From: Erysipelotrichaceae bacterium | GTDB lineage: Bacteria > Bacillota_I > Bacilli_A > Erysipelotrichales > Erysipelotrichaceae | Assembly (NCBI GenBank): GCA_009773735.1 | Contig: WSYG01000004.1 | Location: 1,932 to 65,931, forward strand | Reading direction: 5' to 3' | Length of the DNA stretch: 64,000 nt | In this document: positions 27,614-36,941 of the stretch, one piece after another | How the letters are laid out: each line of letters begins with the position of its first letter | Position numbering within the stretch: the first letter of the stretch is position 1 | Translations under genes and position numbers: made by a program | The notes under the pieces: model-generated | The model's database searches: none | What the model was told of the DNA's origin: nothing | What the model saw: the letters and a program-made list of their open reading frames with translations, nothing else

Positions 27614-28672
27614 TTACAAGATCGATCTGAACGGTACGTTCGGCTCTTCTGAGAAGGCATCTTCGAAGCCTCTGCGGAAGTGGAATTGGCGTTTGTCGAT
27701 ATCATCTGGATATATGAATTTACCGCCTACATCCCAAACAAACGGTTTGAATTGATACTGCAGCGTATATTTCTTGAAATCATACAGCATCAGGATTTCA
27801 GCAGGATCAGCTTTGAAGTTGGTCCAAACATCATAATGCAAAGGTATAACGACTTTTGTCTGTAAAGCTTCAGCCATTCTTAGGATATCGATGGAAGTCA
27901 TCTTGTCTTGATTACCGACAGGATTTTCACCGTAAGATCCAAAGGCCACATCGATCTTATGATCTTTACCATGTTTCGCATAATAAATTGAATAATGGGA
28001 ATCTCCAGAATGATAAACATTACCACCTGGTGTTTTAATCAAGAAGTTGACAGCTTTATCATCCATATCGGTAGGGCATACACCGCGGATGTCTTCATCG
28101 GCAGTGACTAAACAAGTTCTGTCGAATGAATCTAGGACTACGATTTCAGTATCTTTTATTTTAATGACGTCGCCTGGTCTTACGGTGACCAATTGATCTT
28201 CAGGGACACCCCATTTACGCCAAATCTCTACACTTTTCTTAGGTCCAATAAATGGAACTTTCGCCTTAACGTTTTGTAAGACAGCTGCAGCCATATTCAT
28301 ATCGATATGATCCGCATGATAGTGAGTAGATAAGACCGCATCGACTGTTGTTACTGAGAAAGGATCATAAACGATCTGTACGCCTCTCAAATTAGGCTGA
28401 AGCAGTTTCCCACCGGTCATGTTTCTCATTTGATGGAAAGGTGCCATCTCTTGAACTTTTCTTGTACGCTTACCATTACCGAACCATGCGTCTATGACGA
28501 TGTTGGTGTTATTTTCAGTTTTAAACCAAATGCCGACACAACCCAACCACCACATGGCGAGTTTACCCTTTTCAACGACTTCCTGATCGATTTCTTCATT
28601 GAGCCACGTTCCCCATTCAGGAAATGAACTTAGGATCCAAGATTCACGAGTGACTTCATCTATTTTTGCCAT
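27614..28672 (-). CDS. ulaG: L-ascorbate-6-phosphate lactonase (metallo-beta-lactamase fold)
   Basis: 352 aa: [10 protein letters not shown] (HxHxDH) and GDSHYS. The N-terminus [28 protein letters not shown] closely parallels UlaG. Confidence 0.85.
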   Translation of the reverse strand: MAKIDEVTRESWILSSFPEWGTWLNEEIDQEVVEKGKLAMWWLGCVGIWFKTENNTNIVIDAWFGNGKRTRKVQEMAPFHQMRNMTGGKLLQPNLRGVQIVYDPFSVTTVDAVLSTHYHADHIDMNMAAAVLQNVKAKVPFIGPKKSVEIWRKWGVPEDQLVTVRPGDVIKIKDTEIVVLDSFDRTCLVTADEDIRGVCPTDMDDKAVNFLIKTPGGNVYHSGDSHYSIYYAKHGKDHKIDVAFGSYGENPVGNQDKMTSIDILRMAEALQTKVVIPLHYDVWTNFKADPAEILMLYDFKKYTLQYQFKPFVWDVGGKFIYPDDIDKRQFHFRRGFEDAFSEEPNVPFRSIL

Positions 28673-28740
28673 AGTTAACCCCTATTCTTTCGTTTATGCA
28701 CCAATAATATTCTAAAGATTTCATTTAAACAAGGGGATTT

Positions 28741-28906
28741 TATGAATCATACAACCTTTATATGAACACTTAACTTTTTGTCAGCGTTTTCATTTGATTA
28801 TATGAACTTTTAATTGTATATTAATCATATATTTCAAGGAGACTGAATTATGAACGCCATTAATCGCTATTATACAAAAAGAGAAAGAACAAATTTCTAT
28901 ATGAAC
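28741..28906. promoter_or_regulatory. array of TATGAAY repeats (candidate DeoR/UlaR-type operators)
   Basis: TATGAAT at 28741 and TATGAAC at 28761, 28801, 28849 and 28900. The 10-mer TTATATGAAC is identical at 28758-28767 and 28798-28807, exactly 40 bp apart. Confidence 0.4.
28779..28792. promoter_or_regulatory. cre (CcpA catabolite-responsive element) candidate
   Basis: TGTCAGCGTTTTCA (reverse complement TGAAAACGCTGACA) matches TGWNANCGNTNWCA at every constrained position. It lies in the divergent ula / orf275-deoR control region. Confidence 0.5.
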
Positions 28907-29677
28907 GTGGTTGTTTTGACGATTTTTATTGGTTATTCGATCTCTTTGATGTTTGAGCAAACAGAGTTTATGGGTGTTGTTTTTTTGCTCATTATTTTGG
29001 TTTTCTTTGCGGGTTCCATGATTCTTAAAGAAATATTGAATTTCTTTTTCCAAAAGGCAATCTTTCAGTTAACTGTTGAATGTGATCCATACACTGCCCA
29101 AGAATCCATGAGGATCGTAAGAAAATATGACATCTTTAAAGGATATAACGTTCCTTATGTAGCTTTTAGTTCCTTGGTTTACATTGATACAGAAAATGCA
29201 CAAGCGATTCTTGAGCTCTTCTCAGAAGACAATAAATTGACCAAGATTGGTAAAGATATGATCTTGATTAAAAGCTATTCACTCTATAAAGCCTATGTCA
29301 TCTTAAACAATAAGACTCAAATCAAGAAAGCCTATGCTGATCTGATCAAGCTCAAAGATTTTATAGGTAAAGGAAAGAAGCTAAGTCCACTATATGCATG
29401 GTTTGACATAGAAGCCGAATACGCCTTACTAAGCAATGATTCAAAAGAAGCCAACAGTATCCTTTCAAAAGCCAATACGACCGCGCTTAACCCTCGGGAA
29501 CAGGCTCATCATTTATATTTAGTAGCGAATGTTGAAACCGAAAGAGGTAACATTACGGAAGCATTGGCCCATTATGGAACAGTCATCAAAATCGCCAATA
29601 AAATGGTGATTAAAGATAAAGCACAACAAAGAAGTAAGGAGTTGAAACATGAAAAGACACAAAAAACTCGTCGATGA
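28850..29677 (+). CDS. hypothetical protein with two N-terminal TM helices and a helical (TPR-like?) C-domain
   Basis: 275-aa ORF with AAGGAG 8 nt before the ATG. TM segments are VVVLTIFIGYSISLMF and GVVFLLIILVFFAGSMIL. No family recognised. Confidence 0.5.
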   Translation: MNAINRYYTKRERTNFYMNVVVLTIFIGYSISLMFEQTEFMGVVFLLIILVFFAGSMILKEILNFFFQKAIFQLTVECDPYTAQESMRIVRKYDIFKGYNVPYVAFSSLVYIDTENAQAILELFSEDNKLTKIGKDMILIKSYSLYKAYVILNNKTQIKKAYADLIKLKDFIGKGKKLSPLYAWFDIEAEYALLSNDSKEANSILSKANTTALNPREQAHHLYLVANVETERGNITEALAHYGTVIKIANKMVIKDKAQQRSKELKHEKTQKTRR

Positions 29678-30428
29678 GCGACGCAACCAACTCTTGTTTG
29701 AGTTATCCATCAGTCCAAATATCAAAGTTGATGAATTGGCTGACCGATTAAAAGTCAGTCCTTTGACCATCCGCAGAGATCTTCAGTTTTGGGAAGACAA
29801 AGAGCGTATTTCACGTCATTATGGTGGCGCGACTTTGATTGAAACCTTTCAGAAGTCTTGTAATGTAAATGACATCAAAGAACTCAGGAAGAACGCAATT
29901 GCAAAAAAAGCAGCGGAATTCGTTGACGATGGGGATACCATCTTCGTCAATACGTCTTCCACCGCTTTGCTTATTCTTAAATACATCAAACACAAACGAG
30001 TCAACGTCATAACCAACAATGCAAATGCGATCTTTATCCAAAAAGATAATTTGATCAGTGTACTATTGACTGGTGGTGAACTTAGAGAACCAAAAGAATC
30101 GATGGTTGGTGAATTTGCCTATAATAATCTTTCTCGTGTAAGTGCCAATAAAGCCTTTATCGGTTGTAGCGGAATCAGTGCTCAAGTAGGTATGACAACG
30201 GCTGTATTGGCCGAAGTTGCGATCAATGAAGTTATGTTGAGACAGTGTACCGGGCCACGTTTTGTATTGGCAGAAGGCGCTAAAGTAGGTCATAATCATA
30301 GTTTTGTTAGTAGTTCTATCAATAAAATTGATTACTTGATCACAGATAGCGCAGCATCCAAAGAACATTTAGATCAACTGCGAGAGAAAAACGTTAAGAT
30401 CATCCAAGTTGATGCGGAAACCATATAA
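29649..30428 (+). CDS. DeoR family transcriptional regulator (UlaR-like)
   Basis: HTH VDELADRLKVSPLTIRRDLQFWE plus a DeoR C-terminal sugar-phosphate sensor domain. AAGGAG lies 7 nt before the ATG. The start overlaps the upstream ORF by 29 nt. Confidence 0.85.
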   Translation: MKRHKKLVDERRNQLLFELSISPNIKVDELADRLKVSPLTIRRDLQFWEDKERISRHYGGATLIETFQKSCNVNDIKELRKNAIAKKAAEFVDDGDTIFVNTSSTALLILKYIKHKRVNVITNNANAIFIQKDNLISVLLTGGELREPKESMVGEFAYNNLSRVSANKAFIGCSGISAQVGMTTAVLAEVAINEVMLRQCTGPRFVLAEGAKVGHNHSFVSSSINKIDYLITDSAASKEHLDQLREKNVKIIQVDAETI

Positions 30429-30457
30429 CACTTACTTAAAAAGTAAGTTACTAAATA

Positions 30458-30486
30458 AAAGACCGATTCATCACGAATCGGTCTTT
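30458..30486. terminator. bidirectional terminator
   Basis: AAAGACCGATTC-ATCAC-GAATCGGTCTTT between convergent deoR and the lipoprotein gene. Confidence 0.65.
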
Positions 30487-30508
30487 CTATTAATTTAACT
30501 TTTATGAA

Positions 30509-31567
30509 TTATTTAATAACGACAGTGTTAGCTACAGCTTTGTCGAATGCTGGGAAGAAACTGCTGATACGAACAGTTGTTCCAGCTTTGATTGCTGTGT
30601 CTTTAGCATAGCCTTCAACCACTTCAATTGCTTTAACTTGAGCAACAGTCTTACCAACGATGAAGTCAGTAAAGAATTTTGATTGAACATTCCATTCTTT
30701 ACAGATTTGACCAGTTTGGCAGTTTGCAGTCATACCGTATGCTGCACCCTTTTGAACTTTTGTCTTCATTACGTAGGTAGCCAAATCAACTTTTAGCGTA
30801 CCAGTTGCATCAAAATTCAATCCTCTGGTTTGAGCAACATCCCAAAAAGCACTAATGACTTTGTCATTCTTGTCTAACAAGACTGTAACTACATCAGTAT
30901 TGATTGCATAGTTACCATCTTTTGCAGCAACTTCGCCTGCAGCAGGAACTACAGAAGCTCCAGTAACTTTAATATCGATACCAACGCCGAATTTAGCAAC
31001 TTTTTTAGCTTCTACAGCATTAGCAACAGCTTTTTCGAAGGCTGGGAAGAATCCACTGATTGTGACAGTTGTTCCAACTTTGATCGCTGCATCTTTAGCT
31101 TTGCCATCAACCATTTCAATTGCTTTAACTTGATCAACCGTCTTACCAACTAAGAAGTCAGTGAAGAATTTTGATTGAACATTCCATTCTTTACAGATTT
31201 GACCAGTTTGGCAGTTTGCAGTCATGCCGTATTCTGTACCCTTTTGAGCTTTTGTCTTCATAGAATATTTTGTCAAATCAACTTTTAAAGTCCCAGTAAC
31301 ATCGAAATTCAATCTGCTGGATTGAGCAACATCCCATGTAGCACTTACAACTTTGTTATCTTTGTCTAAAACAACGGTAACGACGTCAGTGTTGACAGCA
31401 TAATTGCCATCTTTAGCAGCGACTTCGCCTGCAGCAGGAACCGCTGAAGCGCCTGTTACTTTAATATTGATGCCAACACCATACTTGTAAGTCTTCGCTG
31501 TGGTGCAGCCGGTCAGAGTAACGGCTAACATCGCGATTGCGAGTAAACTAACTAATAACTTTTTCAT
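30509..31567 (-). CDS. lipoprotein composed of two tandem ~164-aa homologous domains
   Basis: Signal peptide plus lipobox MKKLLVSLLAIAMLAVTLTGC. The start ATG at 31567 is preceded by AGGAGGAAATGAA; the track start at 31630 is upstream of the RBS. Two near-identical domains each contain YGMTANCQTGQICKEWNVQSKFFTDF. Confidence 0.75.
   Translation of the reverse strand: MKKLLVSLLAIAMLAVTLTGCTTAKTYKYGVGINIKVTGASAVPAAGEVAAKDGNYAVNTDVVTVVLDKDNKVVSATWDVAQSSRLNFDVTGTLKVDLTKYSMKTKAQKGTEYGMTANCQTGQICKEWNVQSKFFTDFLVGKTVDQVKAIEMVDGKAKDAAIKVGTTVTISGFFPAFEKAVANAVEAKKVAKFGVGIDIKVTGASVVPAAGEVAAKDGNYAINTDVVTVLLDKNDKVISAFWDVAQTRGLNFDATGTLKVDLATYVMKTKVQKGAAYGMTANCQTGQICKEWNVQSKFFTDFIVGKTVAQVKAIEVVEGYAKDTAIKAGTTVRISSFFPAFDKAVANTVVIK
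30512..31486 (-). repeat. in-frame tandem duplication, period 492 bp (units about 30512-30994 and 30995-31486)
   Basis: The DNA units align with offset 492. They include a 62-bp perfect match (about 30672-30733 vs 31164-31225). Confidence 0.85.
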
Positions 31568-31592
31568 TTCATTTCCTCCTTGAAACATACTT

Positions 31593-31621
31593 ATTATAAA
31601 AAATTCACAAGTAACAATCAA
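31593..31621 (-). promoter_or_regulatory. sigma-A promoter for the lipoprotein gene
   Basis: TTGATT (31621-31616), a 17-nt spacer, then TATAAT (31598-31593). Confidence 0.5.
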
Positions 31622-31727
31622 GTTAAACATCTCACTTCTTTCACTTTTAACGACTTAATTTTCACACCTCAAACATATTTCACTAAACTATATGTCAATA
31701 AATTAGATTTTTCACAAGTGATGTTTA

Positions 31728-32900
31728 TTATTCATTTACCAACCCTTTTCTATACCAATGAAAACCACAGAACATAATCCCAAACAGCGTTAGAAATGAA
31801 ATCAAAAGCGAAAGACTCAACTCATCATGTGCAACATTTGTACTTAGTATTCTCATCCCCATCATCAGCATGGAACTCACCGGGACATAAGATAAAGTTC
31901 GACCTAAATCTGATGAAAGTTGCTGCGGTGAATTTAAGACAAGACTCACATAATAGATCGCTAGTAGTCCTAAATAGAAAGGTCCTTGAATTGATGCCGC
32001 TTCTTCTATTGTCTTCACTCTTGAAGAGAGAATCAGAATCATAACTTGTAGAATCAATAAGCCAATAATTAGAAATAAGAAGGCAAAAATCATCTTTACG
32101 AAAAAGTTTGGCGATAACTTCAAAACATGTGAAATCATTTCAAAATTTATCCCACTTCCTTCCAAATTAAAATACTTATTCGCAAGCATAAACAGACCCC
32201 TACCTTGATCCATATTCAGTCTTTGAATCAATAAGCATCCAAAAATGCCCATACTTAACCCAATTTGTACCAAAACAGTGATCAATCCAGATAAAATCTT
32301 GGCACAGAAATGTTGAAACGGCGTAATACTGGTTAAAATGAACTCTAAGACATTGGATGTTTTCTCTTGAATGATCTCGTTTGAATTCACAGAAATGAAG
32401 TTCAAAATCATGAAGTAAACTGAAGTCAATATCGCAAACACAAGGTTACTTTGAATGGCTTCAAGTGGATCAATTGGGGCATCAAAAATAAGTGGAACCG
32501 AGTTATAGTTCATGATAAATTCCGTTACAGAAGGATGGCTTTCATTGAGTATTTTTTGTTGATGAGATTGAAGCAGTAATGTATAGATTTTGGCTTGTAA
32601 AGTCAAAGATGCAGCCCCTTTTACTTCATAAATCCCCTCGCGATAATCAATGATGAGATCTGCCGATTCTTCAACTAAAATGAATCCTTGTTTTTCCCAA
32701 TATTCGATGGGTAACAACTCGTTTATTGTTTCGCTGGATACTTGAATTGGATAAGGTGTGCTGAAATTTAGATTTAAAGCTTCACTGATATGGTCCAAAT
32801 TAAACAAAATGATAAGTACAAGGGTAAAAAGAACCTGTAAAGAAATCGCAACCGGATTTAGAAATCTGCGTTTGAGCGAAAAAAGGATCAATGCTCGCAT
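31728..32900 (-). CDS. ABC-2 type exporter permease (NatB-like topology)
   Basis: 390 aa: one N-terminal TM, a large extracytoplasmic loop, then five TMs. The start overlaps the ATPase gene stop by 13 nt. Confidence 0.7.
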   Translation of the reverse strand: MRALILFSLKRRFLNPVAISLQVLFTLVLIILFNLDHISEALNLNFSTPYPIQVSSETINELLPIEYWEKQGFILVEESADLIIDYREGIYEVKGAASLTLQAKIYTLLLQSHQQKILNESHPSVTEFIMNYNSVPLIFDAPIDPLEAIQSNLVFAILTSVYFMILNFISVNSNEIIQEKTSNVLEFILTSITPFQHFCAKILSGLITVLVQIGLSMGIFGCLLIQRLNMDQGRGLFMLANKYFNLEGSGINFEMISHVLKLSPNFFVKMIFAFLFLIIGLLILQVMILILSSRVKTIEEAASIQGPFYLGLLAIYYVSLVLNSPQQLSSDLGRTLSYVPVSSMLMMGMRILSTNVAHDELSLSLLISFLTLFGIMFCGFHWYRKGLVNE

Positions 32901-33742
32901 ACTTGGATTAGTTCGCTTAATGCGACCATTTCTAAGTGGATTGACTGAACACTTTTGTCTTTAAGAAAGATGCCCACTGCTCTTTTTGCTTGATTTAAAG
33001 TCGTAAAACGAACTTCAATCCATGAATCAACCGCAGAAAGCGATTCATAAGCGAAATTGAAATCCTTCCAATTGCTATCTGCATTGACTTTGACCGAGTA
33101 TTGTTGATGTTGTTCACGCAAGGATTGTAAATGACCTTGCTTGATTGTCTTCCCATGATCTAAAATCAAAATCTCATCGCATAATCCATCCATATGTTCC
33201 AATTGATGCGATGAAATCAACACAGAATTACCTTTTTGAGCGTAGATTCTGATCCATCTAGACAGTTCAATTTGACTTAAATAATCTAAACCATTAAAAG
33301 GCTCATCTAGAATGAGCACTTTAGGACGATGTATCATTGATAAGATCAATTGCGCTTTCTGTTGATTGCCTTTAGAGAGTGTTTTTATTGGTTTACTCGC
33401 CATTTCTCCAAAACCAAAAGTGTTTATCATCTCTTGTAAAGACAGCTCTGTTTGAGTCTCATTAAGGTTTCTTAATTTGCCTAACATTTTCGCTTGTTGC
33501 GTCAGTGTAAGATCGATCAATAACGATCGTTGTTCAGGCATATAACCTACTTTATCTTTCTCTACAATGACTGCTCCGCTGTCAGGTTTGATAATGCCAC
33601 AAATGATCCTAAATAAAGTGCTTTTTCCGCATCCATTATGCCCAAAAATACCCATGATTTGATAAGGCTCACAAGTGAAACTACATTCAAACAATACTTT
33701 TCTGCGATGATAACTTTTAGAGACTGATTTTACCTTCAACAT
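32888..33742 (-). CDS. ABC transporter ATP-binding protein (NatA-like)
   Basis: Walker A GHNGCGKST, signature LSKGNQQK, Walker B VLILDEPFNGLD. The track start at 33754 is a GTG. The ATG at 33742 follows a GAGG. Confidence 0.85.
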   Translation of the reverse strand: MLKVKSVSKSYHRRKVLFECSFTCEPYQIMGIFGHNGCGKSTLFRIICGIIKPDSGAVIVEKDKVGYMPEQRSLLIDLTLTQQAKMLGKLRNLNETQTELSLQEMINTFGFGEMASKPIKTLSKGNQQKAQLILSMIHRPKVLILDEPFNGLDYLSQIELSRWIRIYAQKGNSVLISSHQLEHMDGLCDEILILDHGKTIKQGHLQSLREQHQQYSVKVNADSNWKDFNFAYESLSAVDSWIEVRFTTLNQAKRAVGIFLKDKSVQSIHLEMVALSELIQVCEH

Positions 33743-33785
33743 AACTAACCTCACTTCAATGTATGTTGATTTCTTGCTTTACCCT

Positions 33786-33807
33786 AAATAAAAACCCTTA
33801 CGGGTTT
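33786..33807 (-). terminator. intrinsic terminator after msrA
   Basis: AAACCC-GUAA-GGGUUU followed by a U-rich tract on the minus strand. It overlaps the msrA stop. Confidence 0.45.
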
Positions 33808-34312
33808 AGATTTTATCCTTCATTTCTTCAGGTTTGATCAAGCGCATGTTGACATGACAATAACCACCTGGGTTTTTGATCAGATATTTCTGATGATAAG
33901 TTTCTGCATCATAGAAAATCCCTGTTTTTTCAACCTCAAGAACAATCGGTTTTCTGTAACTGGCTTGTTTTTCTTTAATCACATCACGAGTGATTTGCGC
34001 ATCTGCTTCATCTTCATAATAAACACCGACTCGATACTGAGTTCCGATGTCATGACCTTGACGATTGAGGGTTGTTGGATCGATGAATCTGAATAAATGT
34101 TCAAGGATCTTGTTTAGAGAGATGACATTTTCATCATAAATCAACTCAACAACTTCCGCATGTTTAGTTTTGCCTGAACAAACATCTTGATAACTGGGGT
34201 TTTCACTGATGCCTTGAGCGTAACCAACTCTGGTTGCTTCTATGCCTTTTAAGCGGCGATAATATTCTTCTACGCCCCAGAAACAGCCTCCACCGATAAC
34301 GATTTTTTTCAT
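33806..34312 (-). CDS. msrA: peptide-methionine (S)-S-oxide reductase
   Basis: GGGCFWGVEEYY active site. The true start is the ATG at 34312 (MKKIVIGGGCFWG), which overlaps the miaA stop (ATGA). The track start at 34390 lies inside miaA. Confidence 0.9.
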   Translation of the reverse strand: MKKIVIGGGCFWGVEEYYRRLKGIEATRVGYAQGISENPSYQDVCSGKTKHAEVVELIYDENVISLNKILEHLFRFIDPTTLNRQGHDIGTQYRVGVYYEDEADAQITRDVIKEKQASYRKPIVLEVEKTGIFYDAETYHQKYLIKNPGGYCHVNMRLIKPEEMKDKI

Positions 34313-35217
34313 GTGTTCTCCTTGTGTAGCCAATGGCTTATGTCTTCCATGACTTGTTTCATGGCTTCTTGATTTGTAGGATCTGCCCATGTAGCACTGA
34401 ATTGATGTCTGAACCAGGTCAACTGTCTTTTCGCATATTGACGGGTATGGGTGATGATATCAGACTTGGCCAATTCAACATCTTTGTTTTCATTGAGCAC
34501 TTCCCTGAACTCTTTATACCCTATTCCAAGGAAACTTTGAAAGCATTGTGCATCTTGAGAACTAAAATAAGTCCTGACTTCTTCTTCTAAACCTTGTTTA
34601 AACATCAATTCGACTCGATTTTCAATTCGTTCATACAGAAGTGCTCGTTCAATATCCAACACAACCATATAGACATCATAAATGGGCCGATGGTTTTGAG
34701 CAGCTTCTCTTTCTGATTTCAAAGTTCCGCTTAAGCCCATATTTATGGCCCTTATAACACGTTTACGATTGTTAAGATGGATCTTTTGAGCTGCGATTGG
34801 GTCAATGTTTAGTAACTGTTCATAGAGTTCTTCATCACTGATAGAATCAAATGTTTCTTGTGGTGTATCTTCTTTAGGGAAAGCATAATCATAGAGTACA
34901 GATTTTAAATAATGGCCAGATCCACCACATAAGACAGCTAATTTATGTTTGTTTGAGATGATTTGTATGCTTTCTCGACATATTTTTTGAAAATCCGCAA
35001 CACTATAAGGCTGACTATAATCCAGGATGTTTAAAAGATGATGAGGAATACCTTTTTGATCCTCTTGCGTGATTTTAGCAGTTCCGATATTGAGTTGTGT
35101 GTAGATTTGTTGGGAATCCCCATTGATGATTTCCCCATTAAACGCTATGGCACATTCTATCGCGAAGATGCTCTTTCCACTCGCAGTAGGACCTGCGATG
35201 ACCAGTACTTTTTTCAT
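34309..35217 (-). CDS. miaA: tRNA dimethylallyltransferase
   Basis: P-loop GPTASGKS, then GGSGHYLKS and QLTWFR blocks. Confidence 0.9.
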   Translation of the reverse strand: MKKVLVIAGPTASGKSIFAIECAIAFNGEIINGDSQQIYTQLNIGTAKITQEDQKGIPHHLLNILDYSQPYSVADFQKICRESIQIISNKHKLAVLCGGSGHYLKSVLYDYAFPKEDTPQETFDSISDEELYEQLLNIDPIAAQKIHLNNRKRVIRAINMGLSGTLKSEREAAQNHRPIYDVYMVVLDIERALLYERIENRVELMFKQGLEEEVRTYFSSQDAQCFQSFLGIGYKEFREVLNENKDVELAKSDIITHTRQYAKRQLTWFRHQFSATWADPTNQEAMKQVMEDISHWLHKENT

Positions 35218-36941
35218 CGTTCAAAGTCTCGCCATAGGTCTTTGGTGGCGATTTTGATTAAGGTTGGACGGCCATGGGGGCAGTGATACGGTTGATCACA
35301 ATGACTCAATTCTTCTAAGATCTGTTTCATGTCTTCTGGGGTCAATTGCTGGTTGAAACGGACGGATTTATGACAGGCTGTGGTCGCTAAAGCTGCTTTT
35401 CTTAAGCTTTCTGTACTGATGTTTCGTTCATCTTCATAGCGTTCAAGAAGATCGTTTAGGAAGGCTTCTTGTGTGCCTTCTTTTAACCATAAAGGTGTAC
35501 TTCTGATGATCACTTCGCTTTCTGAAAACAGTTCAATATCGATTCCTATCTTTTGAAGTTCAGTGCGTATTGATTCAAAACGAACTTTTAAACTAGGTTT
35601 TAATGCGACTACAAGAGGCATTAAAAGGGTTTGTTGAGTTGAGATCTTTTTATCAATCTGTTTTAGTATCTTTTCATAATTGATGCGTTCTTTAGCGGCA
35701 TGTTGGTCAATAAAATATAAGGTCAAAGGATCACTGGCAATGATATAACGGCCGTGGATTTGTCCTATTAGATCTAAAACAGGGAAAGTTGGATGTTTAC
35801 TAGATGATTCTGGCGGTGTTTCTTGGATATCCCATTGGGGATTTGTTTTTACTTCGGGATATATGGGCGATTGGGCTTGAGGATAATGAGAAGGTTCAAA
35901 GAGTTGTTGCTGGGTAGATAAAGGTTCTATGGATTTAGGTTCAAAATCCTTCACATTCAAAGAATCATGAATGGCTTTAGACAATGAATCTACGATCAAG
36001 TAATAAAGTTGTTGTTCTTTGGATAGTTTAACTTCCCATTTAGAAGGATGAACATTCACATCTGCCAATGAAGCATCAGCGGTGATGTTTAAGATCACCA
36101 TAGGGTAACGATGAGGTGGAATATAGTTTTGATAGGCTTCGGTAACTGCTTTTTGAATGGGATAAAAACGTATGACACGTTGATTTAAAAAGATCAAGAT
36201 TGCTTTATTGTTGGACTTGTTTTCTTGCGGATCAAGCCACAATCCTTCGACCTTGAAGTCATGATCAGCACAGGTAAAAGGATGAGCCAAACGCGCCAAA
36301 CGATTCCCATAAGTCATAGCTAAAGTCTCTAACCAATCATTACGACCTGTCGTTCTTAACAAGACTTGTTCATCTGCAATAAGCTTAAAAGCTACGTCTT
36401 TTCGACACAAAGCCATTTTTTCAACGAGATCTGTAATCAAAGCACTCTCATAACTCACTGTTTTAAGATGTTTCAAACGAGCTGGAGTCCTTCTAAACAA
36501 ACCTTCTACTAAAATGCTTGTGCCTTGGGGTCGATCATAGGATCTTTTTTGTAAGACTGTTCCATATTCGATGATGATTTGATTGGTACTAAGCCCATTT
36601 GAACTTGTTGCAGTTACTTTCGCAACCGATGCGATGGAAGGCAAGGCTTCACCACGAAAACCTAAGGTCTTAGGAGCAAACAATTCTTTGGCTGTTGATA
36701 TTTTACTGGTCGCATGACGTTCAAAAGCCATAGATAAATCACTTTCATCCATGCCTTCTCCATCATCACTCACTTCTATGGATTCTATACCACCTTGATT
36801 GATACGGATCTCAATTGAACTTGCGGAAGCGTCCAGCGCATTTTCAATCAATTCTTTGACGACGCCCATGGGTCTTTCAACAACTTCTCCAGCTGCGATC
36901 ATGTTGGTAAGATGATCATCTAAACGCTTAATTTTTCCCAT
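35214..36941 (-). CDS. mutL: DNA mismatch repair protein MutL
   Basis: GHKL ATPase blocks IAAGEVVERP, DDGEGM and GFRGEALPSI. The C-terminal region contains QHAAKERINYE. Confidence 0.95.
   Translation of the reverse strand: MGKIKRLDDHLTNMIAAGEVVERPMGVVKELIENALDASASSIEIRINQGGIESIEVSDDGEGMDESDLSMAFERHATSKISTAKELFAPKTLGFRGEALPSIASVAKVTATSSNGLSTNQIIIEYGTVLQKRSYDRPQGTSILVEGLFRRTPARLKHLKTVSYESALITDLVEKMALCRKDVAFKLIADEQVLLRTTGRNDWLETLAMTYGNRLARLAHPFTCADHDFKVEGLWLDPQENKSNNKAILIFLNQRVIRFYPIQKAVTEAYQNYIPPHRYPMVILNITADASLADVNVHPSKWEVKLSKEQQLYYLIVDSLSKAIHDSLNVKDFEPKSIEPLSTQQQLFEPSHYPQAQSPIYPEVKTNPQWDIQETPPESSSKHPTFPVLDLIGQIHGRYIIASDPLTLYFIDQHAAKERINYEKILKQIDKKISTQQTLLMPLVVALKPSLKVRFESIRTELQKIGIDIELFSESEVIIRSTPLWLKEGTQEAFLNDLLERYEDERNISTESLRKAALATTACHKSVRFNQQLTPEDMKQILEELSHCDQPYHCPHGRPTLIKIATKDLWRDFER

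Noticed and set aside
28790-29053. 87-aa minus-strand ORF in the ula/orf275 control region
   Set aside because: It is lysine/asparagine-rich low-complexity translation of an AT-rich promoter region and of the 5' end of orf275. It has no RBS.
31622-31727. Repeated GTGAAA / ACTTGTGAA strings upstream of the lipoprotein gene, considered as Rex-type operators
   Set aside because: Only half-sites (TTGTGAA) are present, without the inverted TTCACAA partner at the right spacing. The repeats may simply reflect AT-rich promoter DNA.
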